Assembly: GCA_964588985.1 (NCBI GenBank)
Contig: CAZPQW010000003.1
Location: forward strand, 1 to 64,000
Source of the DNA: an uncultured Solirubrobacteraceae bacterium
GTDB lineage: Bacteria > Actinomycetota > Thermoleophilia > Solirubrobacterales > Solirubrobacteraceae
Reading direction: 5' to 3'
DNA: 64,000 nt
The notes beneath the pieces are model-generated. The model made no database searches. It was not told where the DNA came from and saw only the letters and a list, made by a program, of their open reading frames with translations. Positions 9,807 through 19,952 of the stretch are shown here, piece by piece. The translations under genes were made by a program, and so were the position numbers. Every line of letters starts with the position of its first letter. Within the stretch, counting starts at the first letter, position 1.

Positions 9807-10465
9807 TCGGCGACCTGCGCGCGGAGCGGATCCGCGCGCAGCTCGAGCACGTGAGGGGGGAGATCGACGCGGCGCTCGAGCGCGGCGGACGCCCGTCTGG
9901 GACGGTGGAGATCCTGGCGGCGACGAAGTACGTCGCGTGCGAGGACCTGCCGATCCTCGCCGAGGCGGGCGTGCGACTGGTGGGCGAGAACCGTGCGCAG
10001 GACCTGCAGGAGAAGGTGGCCGCGCACGGCGAGCTGTTCGAGTGGGACTTCATCGGCCAGCTGCAGAGCCGCCGCGTGCGCCTGATCGTCCCGCGCGTGC
10101 GCCTGATCCACTCGGTCGCGTCGGACTCCGCGCTGCGCGAGCTCGAGCGCCACCGGGATCTCGCGAAGCCCGGCCTGCGGATCCTCGTCGAGGTGAACCT
10201 CGCGGGTGAGGCCGACAAGGCGGGCATCTCGCCGACGGAGCTCGACGCGTTCATCGAGCGCTCGCCGCTGCCGGTGGCGGGCCTGATGACGATGCCGCCG
10301 CTCTCGCGGACCCCGGAGGACAGCCGGCGCTGGTTCGCCGAGCTGCGTCGGCTGGCGGGCGAGCGCGGCCTGCAGCACACCTCGATGGGCACCTCGCAGG
10401 ACTACCTCGTCGCCGTCGAGGAGGGCGCCACAATCGTGCGAATCGGCACGTATCTCTATCATTAG
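9794..10465 (+). CDS. yggS: PLP homeostasis protein YggS/YlmE
   Basis: LAATKY, GENRAQ, FIGQLQS, GLMTMPP, SMGTSQDY..AVEEGATIVRIG. Confidence 0.92.
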   Translation: MVELIGDLRAERIRAQLEHVRGEIDAALERGGRPSGTVEILAATKYVACEDLPILAEAGVRLVGENRAQDLQEKVAAHGELFEWDFIGQLQSRRVRLIVPRVRLIHSVASDSALRELERHRDLAKPGLRILVEVNLAGEADKAGISPTELDAFIERSPLPVAGLMTMPPLSRTPEDSRRWFAELRRLAGERGLQHTSMGTSQDYLVAVEEGATIVRIGTYLYH

Positions 10466-10539
10466 ACTCTCTTGACGGCGCACGACCCCTCGCATCGGCA
10501 GGGAAACCCGCTCGCCGGGCGAACACGCATCTGAGACCT

Positions 10540-11100
10540 ATGGCATTCCGTGACTCCTGGCACAGCGCGCTCGTGTACTTCGGCCTTGCCGAGGAGTATC
10601 ACGACGACTTCGAGGAGGACGCGGGTGGGGTGGGTCCTGAGTCTGAGATCGAGGATCGCTACCGCGAGCGGCCGAACGTGCGCCGCCTGCGCCGCCGTCG
10701 CGACGAGTACGACGACATCTTCGCCGACGACGACGATGCCGACGTGACCGCCGTCGGCTCGCGCGCCGGCCGCGGATCGCGCGCCACGACCGTCCTCAAA
10801 CCGGTCGCCAACCGCAACGGCGACGTGCGCGTGCACCTCGTCGTGCCGAAGTCGTTCAACGACGCCCAGCAGATCGCGGACAAGTTCAAGGACTCGATCC
10901 CCGTGATCCTCAACCTCCAGGGCTCCGACACCGACCTGTCCAAGCGCCTGATCGACTTCGCCTCCGGGCTCACCTACGCGCTCGACGGCGGCATGCAGAG
11001 GATCGCCGACAAGGTCTTCATGCTCACGCCGCGCAACGTCGAGATCTCCGCCGAGGAGAAGGCGCGGCTGATCGAGAAGGGCTTCTTCAACCAAAGCTGA
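10540..11100 (+). CDS. sepF: Cell division protein SepF
   Basis: P.SFNDAQ.IAD, VILNL, KRLIDFASGL.YALDG, FMLTP. Confidence 0.95.
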   Translation: MAFRDSWHSALVYFGLAEEYHDDFEEDAGGVGPESEIEDRYRERPNVRRLRRRRDEYDDIFADDDDADVTAVGSRAGRGSRATTVLKPVANRNGDVRVHLVVPKSFNDAQQIADKFKDSIPVILNLQGSDTDLSKRLIDFASGLTYALDGGMQRIADKVFMLTPRNVEISAEEKARLIEKGFFNQS

Positions 11101-11864
11101 TGCAGGTCGGGCTGATCGGTTGCGGAAACATGGCTCGCTCGCTCGCGCGGGGGTGGGGGCAGCCGGTGCTGTGCGCCGATCCGGTGGCGGAGCGGGCGCG
11201 GGATCTCGTGGCGGAGCTGGGCGGCGAGGCGCTTGCGAGCAACGCGGAGGTCGCCGAACGGGCTGAGCTGGTGGTGCTGTGCCACAAGCCCGCGCAGCTC
11301 GACACGGTTGCCCTGGACGTGGCGCCGCACGCGAAGGCGGTCGCATCGATCCTCGCCGCCACGCCGCTCCCGGCCCTGCATGCGGCCTACCACGGCAGAC
11401 CCGTCTACCGCTTCATCCCCTCTCTGCCCGTGGAGGTGCGCCAGGGCGCGGTCGTGCAGGCAGCCGGCCCCGCGCAGGACGCCGTACTCGACGCCGCCGT
11501 GAGCGAGCTGTTCGCGCAGCTCGGAACGCTCGTGGTGCTCGACGACACGCTCGTCGACGTGGCGATGGGGCTGATGTCGTGCGGGCCCGCTTACGTGGCG
11601 CTGGTCGCAGAGGCGCAGGTCGACGCGGGTGTGCGGCGCGGGATACCCGCCGCGCAGGGCGCGGAGCTGGTCGTGCAGACGCTCGCGGGCACCGCGGAGC
11701 TGCTGCGACGTCGCGGCTACGACACGGTCGCGGTGCGGCGCGAGGTCTCATCGCCGGGTGGGCTGACGGCGCGCGGGGTGGACGCGCTCGAGCGCGCGGG
11801 CCTGCGCACGGCGTTCAGCGACGCGCTCGACGCCGTCCTCGAGCCTCCGCGCCCACGCCGATGA
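11100..11864 (+). CDS. proC: Pyrroline-5-carboxylate reductase
   Basis: GLIGCGNMA, HKP, SCGPAY, VSSPGGLT..G...LE. Confidence 0.92.
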   Translation: MQVGLIGCGNMARSLARGWGQPVLCADPVAERARDLVAELGGEALASNAEVAERAELVVLCHKPAQLDTVALDVAPHAKAVASILAATPLPALHAAYHGRPVYRFIPSLPVEVRQGAVVQAAGPAQDAVLDAAVSELFAQLGTLVVLDDTLVDVAMGLMSCGPAYVALVAEAQVDAGVRRGIPAAQGAELVVQTLAGTAELLRRRGYDTVAVRREVSSPGGLTARGVDALERAGLRTAFSDALDAVLEPPRPRR

Positions 11865-12163
11865 TCCTCGCGACCGCCCGCACGCAGATCGCGGACTTCC
11901 TCTCCACGCTCGTGTACGTCTACACGCTGCTGCTGATCCTGTACGTCGTGATCCAGCTGCTGTTCTCCGTCGGCATCAGGCCGCCGTACTCGCTGTGGAC
12001 CGATCGCGTGATGGGCTTCCTGCACGACGTATGCGAGCCGTTCCTGCGCCTCTTCCGTCGCTTCCTGCCGCAGATCGGCGGGTTGGACTTCAGCCCGTTC
12101 CTGGCCATCATCACGTTGCAGATCGTGAACAACGTCGTGGTGCTCGGCATCATCCACGGCTGA
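11861..12163 (+). CDS. yggT: YggT/YlmG family membrane protein
   Basis: CEPFLRLFRRFLPQIGGLDFSP. Confidence 0.9.
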   Translation: MILATARTQIADFLSTLVYVYTLLLILYVVIQLLFSVGIRPPYSLWTDRVMGFLHDVCEPFLRLFRRFLPQIGGLDFSPFLAIITLQIVNNVVVLGIIHG

Positions 12164-12170
12164 GCGCGAG

Positions 12171-12668
12171 ATGGAGCCGGCTGCAGAGCGTGCTCGCCGC
12201 GGCTTGCGGCCCGGGTGGGCCGCGTGGGTGCGCGCGACGCTCGTGCTGATCGTCGTCGTGGCCGCGGACCAGTTGAGCAAGCGCGCGGTCGAACACGGAA
12301 TCGTCCCCGGCGAAGAACACCGCGTGCTGCCCGGCGTGGGCCTTGTCGACACGCGCAACCACGGCGTCGCATTCGGCTTCCTGCCCGGCAGTCACGTCGC
12401 GATCACCGTGCTGATCGGCCTCGCGCTGCTCGTGCTGCTCGTGTACTTCACGCTGCACGCCTCGCGCCCGCTTATCTGGCTGCCCACCGGCATGCTCGTG
12501 GGCGGCGCGCTCGGCAACATCCTCGACCGCGTGCGCGACGGCTCGGTGACGGACTTCATCAAGCTGCCGCTCGGCTGGCCGCCGTTCAACCTCGCCGACG
12601 CATCGATCACCGCGGGCATCCTCATCCTGTTCGTGCTGATCGACCGCTCGCGTCACACCGAACCGTGA
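12171..12668 (+). CDS. lspA: Lipoprotein signal peptidase II
   Basis: DQLSK, N.GVAFG, GGALGNILDR, VTDFI, FNLAD. Confidence 0.94.
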   Translation: MEPAAERARRGLRPGWAAWVRATLVLIVVVAADQLSKRAVEHGIVPGEEHRVLPGVGLVDTRNHGVAFGFLPGSHVAITVLIGLALLVLLVYFTLHASRPLIWLPTGMLVGGALGNILDRVRDGSVTDFIKLPLGWPPFNLADASITAGILILFVLIDRSRHTEP

Positions 12669-13369
12669 ACGACGCCGCCGCAGTCGACTTCACGATCGCC
12701 TTTCAGGACGAGCACCTGATGGTCGTCGACAAGGGTCCTGGGGTGGTGGTGCATCCGGCGCGCGGGCACCGCGAGAACACGCTCGCGCAGATGCTCGCGC
12801 CGCTGCTGGCCGGCGGCGAGGACGAGGAGGGCGAGTTCGACCGCACGGGGATCGTCCACCGACTCGACCGCGACACAACAGGGCTGCTCGTGGTGTCGCG
12901 CTCGCAGGAGGCACACCGTCTGCTGCAGGCGGCGCTCGCGGTGCGAGAGATCGAACGCGAGTACCTCGCGCTCGTCGAGGGGCGTCCGCCGGCGCGCACG
13001 GGCACGATCGACGCGCCGATCGGCCGTGATCCACGCGTGCGCACGCGCATGGCGATCGACGGCGCGGGGGCGCGCGAGGCCCGCACCCACTTCACGATCG
13101 AGCGCTCGCTCGCGGACACGACGCTGCTGCGCCTCAAACTGGAGACCGGTCGCACGCACCAGATCCGCGTGCACCTCAAGGCGATCGGACACCCGGTGTG
13201 CGGCGACCCCGAATACGGCACGCCGGGACTGCTGGGGCTCGAGCGTCAGTTCCTCCATGCGACGCGCCTCGCGTTCGACCATCCGATCACGGGCGAGCGC
13301 GTGGAGGTCCACTCGCCGCTGCCCGCCGACCTGCTTGCCGCGTTGAGGAGCGCCGAGCGGGTATCCTGA
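12665..13369 (+). CDS. RluA-family pseudouridine synthase (no S4 domain visible)
   Basis: VDK..GVVVHP, GIVHRLDRDTTG, TGRTHQIRVH, GD..YG, FLHA. Confidence 0.92.
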   Translation: MNDAAAVDFTIAFQDEHLMVVDKGPGVVVHPARGHRENTLAQMLAPLLAGGEDEEGEFDRTGIVHRLDRDTTGLLVVSRSQEAHRLLQAALAVREIEREYLALVEGRPPARTGTIDAPIGRDPRVRTRMAIDGAGAREARTHFTIERSLADTTLLRLKLETGRTHQIRVHLKAIGHPVCGDPEYGTPGLLGLERQFLHATRLAFDHPITGERVEVHSPLPADLLAALRSAERVS

Positions 13370-13503
13370 AGCTTCAATTCGGATCTTCGACCCGTGCGGT
13401 CGTGGATCGGGCCCTGCCCGGAGCAACGACCGTCCTGGTCACCGTCTCCGGGTCCGCTCCATTCGCACGGACTTTCAATCGCATACATAAAGGGAGTAAG
13501 CCC

Positions 13504-14667
13504 GTGGCTGACGTTGGCATTGCGGAGCTGCTGGAGGCCGGCGTCCATTTCGGCCACCAGACGCGCCGTTGGAACCCCAAGATGCGCCGTTTCATCCATG
13601 GTGAGCGCGGCGGCATCTACATCATCGACCTGCTGAAGACCCAGTCCCTGCTCGCGCAGGCGCAGGAGTTCGCCGGTACGCTCGCGCATCGCGGCGGCGT
13701 CGTGCTGTTCGTGGGCACCAAGAAGCAGGCGCGCGACACGGTCAAGGAGGTCGCCGAGGCGTCCGACATGCCGTACGTCAATCACCGCTGGCTCGGTGGC
13801 CTGTTGACGAACTTCCAGACGATCAGCCAGCGCATCCGTCGTCTGCACGACCTCGAACGCTACGAGGCTGAGGGCCAGCTGGCGCTGCTGCCGACGCGTG
13901 AGCGGATGGCCGCGCAGGCGGATCTCGAGAAGCTGCGGGCGAACCTCGGCGGCGTGAAGAACATGCAGCGCGTGCCCGACGCGATGTTCGTGATCGACCT
14001 GAAGACGGAGGAGATCGCGGTCAAAGAGGCGAGGCGCCTGCGGATCCCGATCATCGGCCTGGTGGACACCAACTGCGACCCCGACGGGATCGACTTCGTG
14101 GTTCCCGGCAACGACGACGCGATCCGCTCGTGCGCGCTGATCACCCAGGCGATCGGCCAGGTCGTCTCCGAGGGTCACGGCGTGTTCCGCGCCCAGGAGG
14201 AACTGGCGCGCAAGGAAGCCGAGGAGAAGGCCCGCATCGAGGCCGAGGCGCGCGCCAAGCGCGAGGCCGAGGAACAGGCCAAGCGCGAGGCCGAGGAGCA
14301 GGCCAAGAAAGAGGCTGCGGAGAAAGAGGCCGCGGCACGAGCGGCTGCGGCTCAGGCTGCCGCTGCGCAGGAGGCGCCCGCGGCACCCGAGGCCCCCGTC
14401 GCGCAAGCACCCGAGGCCCCGGCTCCGGCGGTCGAGACCCCCGCGCCTGTGGTGGAGGCGCCGGCTCCGGCTGTCGAGGCTCCCGCCCCGGTCGTCGAGG
14501 CGCCGGCTCCGGTCGTCGAGACACCCGCACCGGCGGCAGAGCCTCCGGCCGCCGCGGAGGCGACCGAGACGGCACCGGCCGCCGCCGAGCCCGCGGCCAC
14601 CGAGGAGCAGCCGGCAGCGGCTGCGGACGACAACGAGCAGACGACAGCGGAGACGAGCGCATCATGA
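13504..14667 (+). CDS. rpsB: 30S ribosomal protein S2 with long Ala/Glu/Pro C-terminal extension
   Basis: LLEAGVHFGHQTRRWNPKM, FVGTKKQA, RWLGGLLTNF, DTNCDPD, PGNDDAIRS; SD gggag. Confidence 0.97.
   Translation: MADVGIAELLEAGVHFGHQTRRWNPKMRRFIHGERGGIYIIDLLKTQSLLAQAQEFAGTLAHRGGVVLFVGTKKQARDTVKEVAEASDMPYVNHRWLGGLLTNFQTISQRIRRLHDLERYEAEGQLALLPTRERMAAQADLEKLRANLGGVKNMQRVPDAMFVIDLKTEEIAVKEARRLRIPIIGLVDTNCDPDGIDFVVPGNDDAIRSCALITQAIGQVVSEGHGVFRAQEELARKEAEEKARIEAEARAKREAEEQAKREAEEQAKKEAAEKEAAARAAAAQAAAAQEAPAAPEAPVAQAPEAPAPAVETPAPVVEAPAPAVEAPAPVVEAPAPVVETPAPAAEPPAAAEATETAPAAAEPAATEEQPAAAADDNEQTTAETSAS
14254..14560 (+). repeat. Coding tandem repeats in the rpsB tail (24-nt AKREAEEQ units; ~21-nt APAP[AV]VE units)
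   Basis: gccaagcgcgaggccgagga[a/g]cag twice from 14254; repeated gcgccggctccgg..gtcgag units. Confidence 0.8.
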
Positions 14668-15269
14668 GCACGGTTGAGATATCTGCAAAGGACGTGAAGG
14701 CCCTGCGTGAGCGCACCGGCGCGGGCATGATGGACTGCAAGAAGGCCCTCACCGAGTCCGAGGGCGACATCGAGAAGGCGATCGAGATCCTGCGCGTCAA
14801 GCAGGGCAAGAAAATCCAGGATCTCGGCGAGCGCGCGGCGACCGAGGGCACGGTCCAGGCATACGTGCACGCCGGCTCGAAGGTGGGCGTGCTGATCGAG
14901 GTCGACTGCAACACCGACTTCGTCGCCAAGAACGACGACTTCGTGACGTTCGCCCGCGAGGTCGCGATGCAGATCGCAGCCTCGCCGACCGTGCAGTTCG
15001 TCAGCCGCGAGGATGTCCCGGAGGACAAGCGCGACGCGGAGGCTCGCGTGTACGAGCAGGAGGCCGCCGACAAGCCCGAGAACATCCGCGAGAAGATCGT
15101 CACGGGCAAGCTCGACTCTTGGTACGGGACCGTGACGCTGCTCGAGCAGGAGATGCACAACCCGAAGTTCGAGGGCAAGACCGTCCAGCAGCTGCGCGAC
15201 GAGCTGACCGCGACCACAGGCGAGAACGTGGTCATACGCCGGTTCGTTCGTTTTGCCATCGGCCAGTAG
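14664..15269 (+). CDS. tsf: Elongation factor Ts, short form
   Basis: VKALRERTGAGMMDCKKAL, EVDCNTDFVAKN, GENVVIRRF.RF. Confidence 0.96.
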   Translation: MSTVEISAKDVKALRERTGAGMMDCKKALTESEGDIEKAIEILRVKQGKKIQDLGERAATEGTVQAYVHAGSKVGVLIEVDCNTDFVAKNDDFVTFAREVAMQIAASPTVQFVSREDVPEDKRDAEARVYEQEAADKPENIREKIVTGKLDSWYGTVTLLEQEMHNPKFEGKTVQQLRDELTATTGENVVIRRFVRFAIGQ

Positions 15270-15297
15270 CCCGACGCGGGTATAGGCTCTGGCGCCG

Positions 15298-16035
15298 ATG
15301 GCACCTGCCTTCAAACGGATCCTGCTGAAGCTCTCCGGCGAGGCGCTGATGGGCTCGCTGGACTACGGGACCGACCCGGAGCGGGTGGCGGGCGTCGCCA
15401 GCCAGGTGACCGATGTTCGCGACCAGGGCGTGGAGGTGGCGATCGTCGTCGGTGCGGGAAACATCTACCGTGGCATGAAGGGCGCCGCCGCCGGCATGGA
15501 TCGCGCGACGGCGGACTACATGGGCATGCTCGCCACGGTGCTGAACGCGCTGCCTCTGCAGGACGCCCTGGAGAAGATGGGCACCGACACGCGTGTGCAA
15601 TCCGCGCTCGGGGTGTCCGAGGTCGCCGAGCCCTACATCCGCCGGCGCGCGATGCGCCACCTGGAGAAGGGGCGCGTGGTGATCTTCGCCGCCGGCACCG
15701 GCAACCCGTTCTTCACGACCGACACGGCCGCCGCACTGCGCGCCGCGGAGATCCACGCGGAGATAATCCTGATGGCCAAGAACGGCGTCGAGGGTGTCTT
15801 CACGGCCGATCCGGCGATCGACCCGAGCGCGGAGTTCATCCCCGAGATCACCCACATGGAGGCGATCGAGCGGCGCCTGCGGGTGATGGACTCCACCGCG
15901 CTCGCCCTGTGCATGGAGAACGGCATGCCCCTGAACGTGTTCAACATGGACGACGAGAGCAGCCTCGCGCGGATAATCTCAGGAGAGCGCGTGGGCACTC
16001 TCGTATCCACATCTCAAGGAGAGGACGATGGCTGA
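15298..16035 (+). CDS. pyrH: UMP kinase
   Basis: [35 protein letters not shown]. Confidence 0.97.
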   Translation: MAPAFKRILLKLSGEALMGSLDYGTDPERVAGVASQVTDVRDQGVEVAIVVGAGNIYRGMKGAAAGMDRATADYMGMLATVLNALPLQDALEKMGTDTRVQSALGVSEVAEPYIRRRAMRHLEKGRVVIFAAGTGNPFFTTDTAAALRAAEIHAEIILMAKNGVEGVFTADPAIDPSAEFIPEITHMEAIERRLRVMDSTALALCMENGMPLNVFNMDDESSLARIISGERVGTLVSTSQGEDDG

Positions 16036-16597
16036 GAACGTGATCGACGAACTGCTCGAGGACGCGGGCGAGCGGATGAGCAAATCGGTCGAGTCCACGC
16101 AGCACGAGTTCTCCTCCGTGCGCACAGGGCGCGCGAGCCCGTCGCTGCTTGACCGTGTGGTCGTCGACTACTACGGCGCGATGACGCCGCTCAACCAGCT
16201 CTCCACGATCTCTGCGCCCGAGGCGCGGCTGCTGACCGTGCAGCCGTACGACAAGTCCTCGATCAAGGCGATCGAAAAGGCGATCAACGAGTCCGACGTG
16301 GGCCTCAGCCCCGGCAACGACGGCAACATCGTGCGTCTCGTGGTCCCCGAGCTGACCGAAGAGCGCCGCAAGGAGCTCGTCAAGGTTCTGCGTAACCTCG
16401 CCGAGGAGGGCCGCATCTCGATCCGCAACGTGCGCCGCGACACGATGCAGCACCTGCGCGAGCTGAAGGCAGAGGGCGAAGCGTCCTCCGATGACGAGCA
16501 CCGCGCGGAGGTTGAGCTGCAGAAGCTGACGGACGGGCGGATCGGCGAGCTCGACACCGTGCTCAAGGCCAAGGAAGAGGAGATCCTCGCAGTCTGA
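16028..16597 (+). CDS. frr: Ribosome recycling factor
   Basis: [39 protein letters not shown]. Confidence 0.97.
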   Translation: MAENVIDELLEDAGERMSKSVESTQHEFSSVRTGRASPSLLDRVVVDYYGAMTPLNQLSTISAPEARLLTVQPYDKSSIKAIEKAINESDVGLSPGNDGNIVRLVVPELTEERRKELVKVLRNLAEEGRISIRNVRRDTMQHLRELKAEGEASSDDEHRAEVELQKLTDGRIGELDTVLKAKEEEILAV

Positions 16598-17280
16598 TGG
16601 CCGCCGCCGGGGAACCCGTCGCGGCGCGCTACGTGGCGGTCATCACCGACGGCAACGGACGCTGGGCGCGTGCGCGCGGGATACCCGTCAACGACGGGCA
16701 CAGCGCGGGCGCCGACACCGTCAAGGCGCGGCTGCGCGACGCGGCGGAGCTGGGGATCGAGGAGTTCACCGTGTACTCGTTCTCCACCGAGAACTGGTCG
16801 CGACCGCCCGAGGAGGTGAGCGGCCTGATGGAGATGTTCTCCGCGCGCATCGCCAGCGAGACCCCGGAGCTCCACGACGAAGGCGTGCGCATGCGGTTCA
16901 TCGGCCGGCGCGAGGGCATCAGCGAGCGCCTCGCCGAGCAGATGGACTGGGCCGAGGAGATGACCGGCTCGAACACGCGGATCACGATGTTCGTCGCGTT
17001 CAACTACGGCGGGCGGGCCGAGATCGTCGATGCCGCCCGGCGATTCGACGGGAGCACCGAAGAGGAGTTCCGCGCGTGCCTGTACGCGCCCGAGATGCAC
17101 GATCCCGATCTGATCATCCGCACGAGCGGCGAGCGGCGCCTGTCGAACTACCTGCTGTGGCAGTCCGCCTACTCCGAGCTGGTGTTCCGCGACGAGCTGT
17201 GGCCCGACTTCACGCGCGCGGCGCTCGAGCAGTCGCTGGCCGAGTACGCCGAGCGGCGACGACGCTTCGGCGGGCGATGA
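16597..17280 (+). CDS. uppS: Polyprenyl (undecaprenyl) diphosphate synthase
   Basis: ITDGNGRWA, YSFSTENWSRP, NYGGR.EI, IRTSGE.RLSNYLLWQ. Confidence 0.95.
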   Translation: MAAAGEPVAARYVAVITDGNGRWARARGIPVNDGHSAGADTVKARLRDAAELGIEEFTVYSFSTENWSRPPEEVSGLMEMFSARIASETPELHDEGVRMRFIGRREGISERLAEQMDWAEEMTGSNTRITMFVAFNYGGRAEIVDAARRFDGSTEEEFRACLYAPEMHDPDLIIRTSGERRLSNYLLWQSAYSELVFRDELWPDFTRAALEQSLAEYAERRRRFGGR

Positions 17281-17290
17281 TGGGCCGCTG

Positions 17291-18199
17291 ATGGCGATCG
17301 GTCCCGACATGCCGCGCGGCCAACGCGCGGTACGACGAGCGCGACCGGTCGTGGGTGCGCGACGCGTCCCGGGCGATCGCGCTCCTCGGCGCTCCCGGCG
17401 AAGAGAGCCGCGCTCGGATCTCAGCTCGAGGGTGCTCGCGGCGATCCCCGCGATCGCCGTCGCGCTGTTCCTGGTGATCGAAGGGGGGCTCGTGTTCGCC
17501 GTCGGGATGATCGTGCTCGGCGGCGTTTGCATGCACGAGCTCTACGGCATGTACGAGCGCGCCCACCCTGTGCGGCTCGCCGGGTTCGTGACGCTCGCGG
17601 GGCTCGTCCTGGCGGCGCTCTACGGCGACCAGTTTCAGGTGCTGCTCATCGCCGTCGCGGCCGTGCCGCTGGTGTTCGGGCTCACGCTGCTCTCGCCGCG
17701 GCCGTCGGTGGGGGGGATCGCGGTGACGCTGCTCGGCATCTACTGGATCGGGTTCGCGTTCGCCCACGCGATGCTGCTGCGCGGGCTGCCGCAGGGGAAG
17801 GGGATCGTCATCGACGTGCTCGTCGGCACGTTCCTCGGCGACACCGGCGCGTATCTCGGCGGGCGGATGTTCGGCAGTCGGCCGCTCGCTCCGCACATCT
17901 CGCCGAACAAGACCGTCGAGGGCCTCGTGATCGGCATGCTCTGCGCGGTGCTCGGCGTGTGGATCGCGCACCTCTACCAGGAGCAGTGGCTCTCCGGCAC
18001 GCACGCGCTCGTGCTCGGGCTGGGGATCGCGCTGCTCGCGCCGGTGGGGGACCTGTTCGAGTCGTTCGTCAAGCGCGAGGCGAAGATCAAGGACTCCGGT
18101 GGCCTGTTCGGCGCTCACGGCGGCGCGCTCGACCGCCTCGACGCGGTGATGTTCACCGTCGTCGTCGGCTATTACGTCTGGTTCGCCTACGTCCACTAG
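17291..18199 (+). CDS. cdsA: Phosphatidate cytidylyltransferase
   Basis: DTGAY..GR.FG, SPNKTVEG, GDLFES..KR...IKDSG...HGG.LDRLD. Confidence 0.94.
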   Translation: MAIGPDMPRGQRAVRRARPVVGARRVPGDRAPRRSRRREPRSDLSSRVLAAIPAIAVALFLVIEGGLVFAVGMIVLGGVCMHELYGMYERAHPVRLAGFVTLAGLVLAALYGDQFQVLLIAVAAVPLVFGLTLLSPRPSVGGIAVTLLGIYWIGFAFAHAMLLRGLPQGKGIVIDVLVGTFLGDTGAYLGGRMFGSRPLAPHISPNKTVEGLVIGMLCAVLGVWIAHLYQEQWLSGTHALVLGLGIALLAPVGDLFESFVKREAKIKDSGGLFGAHGGALDRLDAVMFTVVVGYYVWFAYVH

Positions 18200-18268
18200 A
18201 CAGTAAGCATCCAAGCGGTGTAGTTTTGTCAGTGGACCGAGGGATCCAAGGCTACGAGGGAGAGGACC

Positions 18269-19846
18269 ATGGAGCGAGCGCGTGACCGGGCAAGGACAGC
18301 GACGCGACGGCGGGGAGGCATCCAGAGCGCTCGCATGGCGGCGCTCGCGCTGCTTACGAGCGTCATGCTGGCCGCCGGCGCCTCGAGCGCCTCGGCGGTG
18401 ATCGTCAAGCTCTCGAGCGGGAAGACCGTCAGTTATCAGCCGCTGCGCGGGGCCGCGGCCCAGAGCCTCTTCCAGCCGTTCGCCCCCACGGGCAACCTCG
18501 TCTACCACGGCGGCCCGGTGATGACGTCGAACACGAACTACGCCTTCTACTGGGCTCCGAGCGGCTCGCCCGCGTACCCCAGCGGCTACCAGGCCGGCGT
18601 CAACAGGTACCTCGAAGATCTCGCGCATGACAGCGGCGGCAGCCAGAACGTGGACTCCGTGGCCGTCCAGTACACCAACTCCGCGGCCGAAGCCGTCAAA
18701 TACGACTCGCACTTCGCGGGCGCGATCGTCGATACCGACCCGTACCCCAAAAACGGCTGCAGCGAGGCGGCGATCTGCCTCACCGACGCCCAGCTCCAGG
18801 CGGAGCTCAAAAGCTACGTGAGCTCCCACGCGCTTCCCAAGGACCTCGCGCACGAGTACTTCATGCTCACGCCCCCCGGCGTCGAAAGCTGCTTCGACTC
18901 GGCCGGCGCCGAATGCTCGGCCGGGGCGACCAACGCGGCGTACTGCGCCTACCACGGCTACATCCCCGTGACCGGAGGCACGATCGTCTACGCCAACGAC
19001 CCCTACGTGGGCGGCAACCCGGGCTGCGACACGGGCGAACACCCGAACAACAACCTGTCGGACTCGGCGCTCATGGGTGGGCTCAGCCACGAGCACAACG
19101 AGTCGATCACCGACCCCGAACTCGACGCGTGGTACGCGTCAAACGGGGAAGAGAACGGCGACAAGTGCCGCACCTTCAAAGCGTCCAGCGAATTCGGGAC
19201 GCCGCTCGGCACCGCTTCCGACGGCTCGCCCTACAACCAGCTGATCAACGGCGACGAGTACTGGTATCAGCAGGAGTGGAGCAACGAAGGCAGCGCCTGC
19301 AAGCAGCGCAGCGCGGTCGTCAAACCGCAGGTGACGAAGCTCGCGCCCAAGACCGGTCCGGCCGTCGGTGGCACGGCCGTGACGATCACCGGCACCGGCT
19401 TCACCGGCGCCACGTCGGTCAGCTTCGGCGCCACCGCTGCGACGAGCTACACGGTCGACTCGGGCACGAGCATCAGCGCGGTCGCGCCCGCGGGCACCGC
19501 CGGCAGCGTCGACGTGGTCGTGACCGGCCCGGGCGGGACGAGCGCGACGTCGAGCACGGACCTCTTCAAGTACAAGTCGCCGACGGTCACCGCCGTCAGC
19601 CCCAGCAGCGGCCCGAAAGCGGGCGGCACGAGCGTGACGATCAGCGGCAGCGGCTTCGCGCTCGGCTCCGCCACGACGTTTAAGTTCGCCGCGAGCGTCG
19701 CCGCGTCGGTGAACTGCGTCTCGACCAGCTCCTGCACCGTGATCGTGCCGTCGCGCGCGAAGGCGGGTGTCGTGGACGTCAAAGCGACCGTCGGGACCGT
19801 CAAGAGCCCCAAGAACGCACCCGCGGACCACTTCACGTACCTCTGA
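18269..19846 (+). CDS. Secreted Cys-rich protein: Phi-1/EXORDIUM-like domain plus two IPT/TIG domains (copy 1)
   Basis: Signal peptide ...AGASSASA; LVYHGGPVM, YCAYH, SHEHNESITDP, ENGDKC, YQQEWSN; two P..GP..GGT.VTI.G.GF repeats. Confidence 0.8.
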   Translation: MERARDRARTATRRRGGIQSARMAALALLTSVMLAAGASSASAVIVKLSSGKTVSYQPLRGAAAQSLFQPFAPTGNLVYHGGPVMTSNTNYAFYWAPSGSPAYPSGYQAGVNRYLEDLAHDSGGSQNVDSVAVQYTNSAAEAVKYDSHFAGAIVDTDPYPKNGCSEAAICLTDAQLQAELKSYVSSHALPKDLAHEYFMLTPPGVESCFDSAGAECSAGATNAAYCAYHGYIPVTGGTIVYANDPYVGGNPGCDTGEHPNNNLSDSALMGGLSHEHNESITDPELDAWYASNGEENGDKCRTFKASSEFGTPLGTASDGSPYNQLINGDEYWYQQEWSNEGSACKQRSAVVKPQVTKLAPKTGPAVGGTAVTITGTGFTGATSVSFGATAATSYTVDSGTSISAVAPAGTAGSVDVVVTGPGGTSATSSTDLFKYKSPTVTAVSPSSGPKAGGTSVTISGSGFALGSATTFKFAASVAASVNCVSTSSCTVIVPSRAKAGVVDVKATVGTVKSPKNAPADHFTYL

Positions 19847-19952
19847 TCTCGGTCATGGGAGCAAGCCTCGACTGACTGGACAACGAGCATGGCGGCGGTG
19901 TAGCGTTGTGAGTGCAGCAAGACATCTGGGCGGCTTACGGGGGGAAACAACC

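Noticed and set aside
14254-14560. Tandem repeats considered as a CRISPR array
   Set aside because: In-frame coding repeats with no unique spacers; no cas genes in the window
159-17532. Many long Arg/Ala/Pro-rich alternative-frame and antisense ORFs over core genes
   Set aside because: They overlap well-supported housekeeping genes and are typical high-GC artefacts
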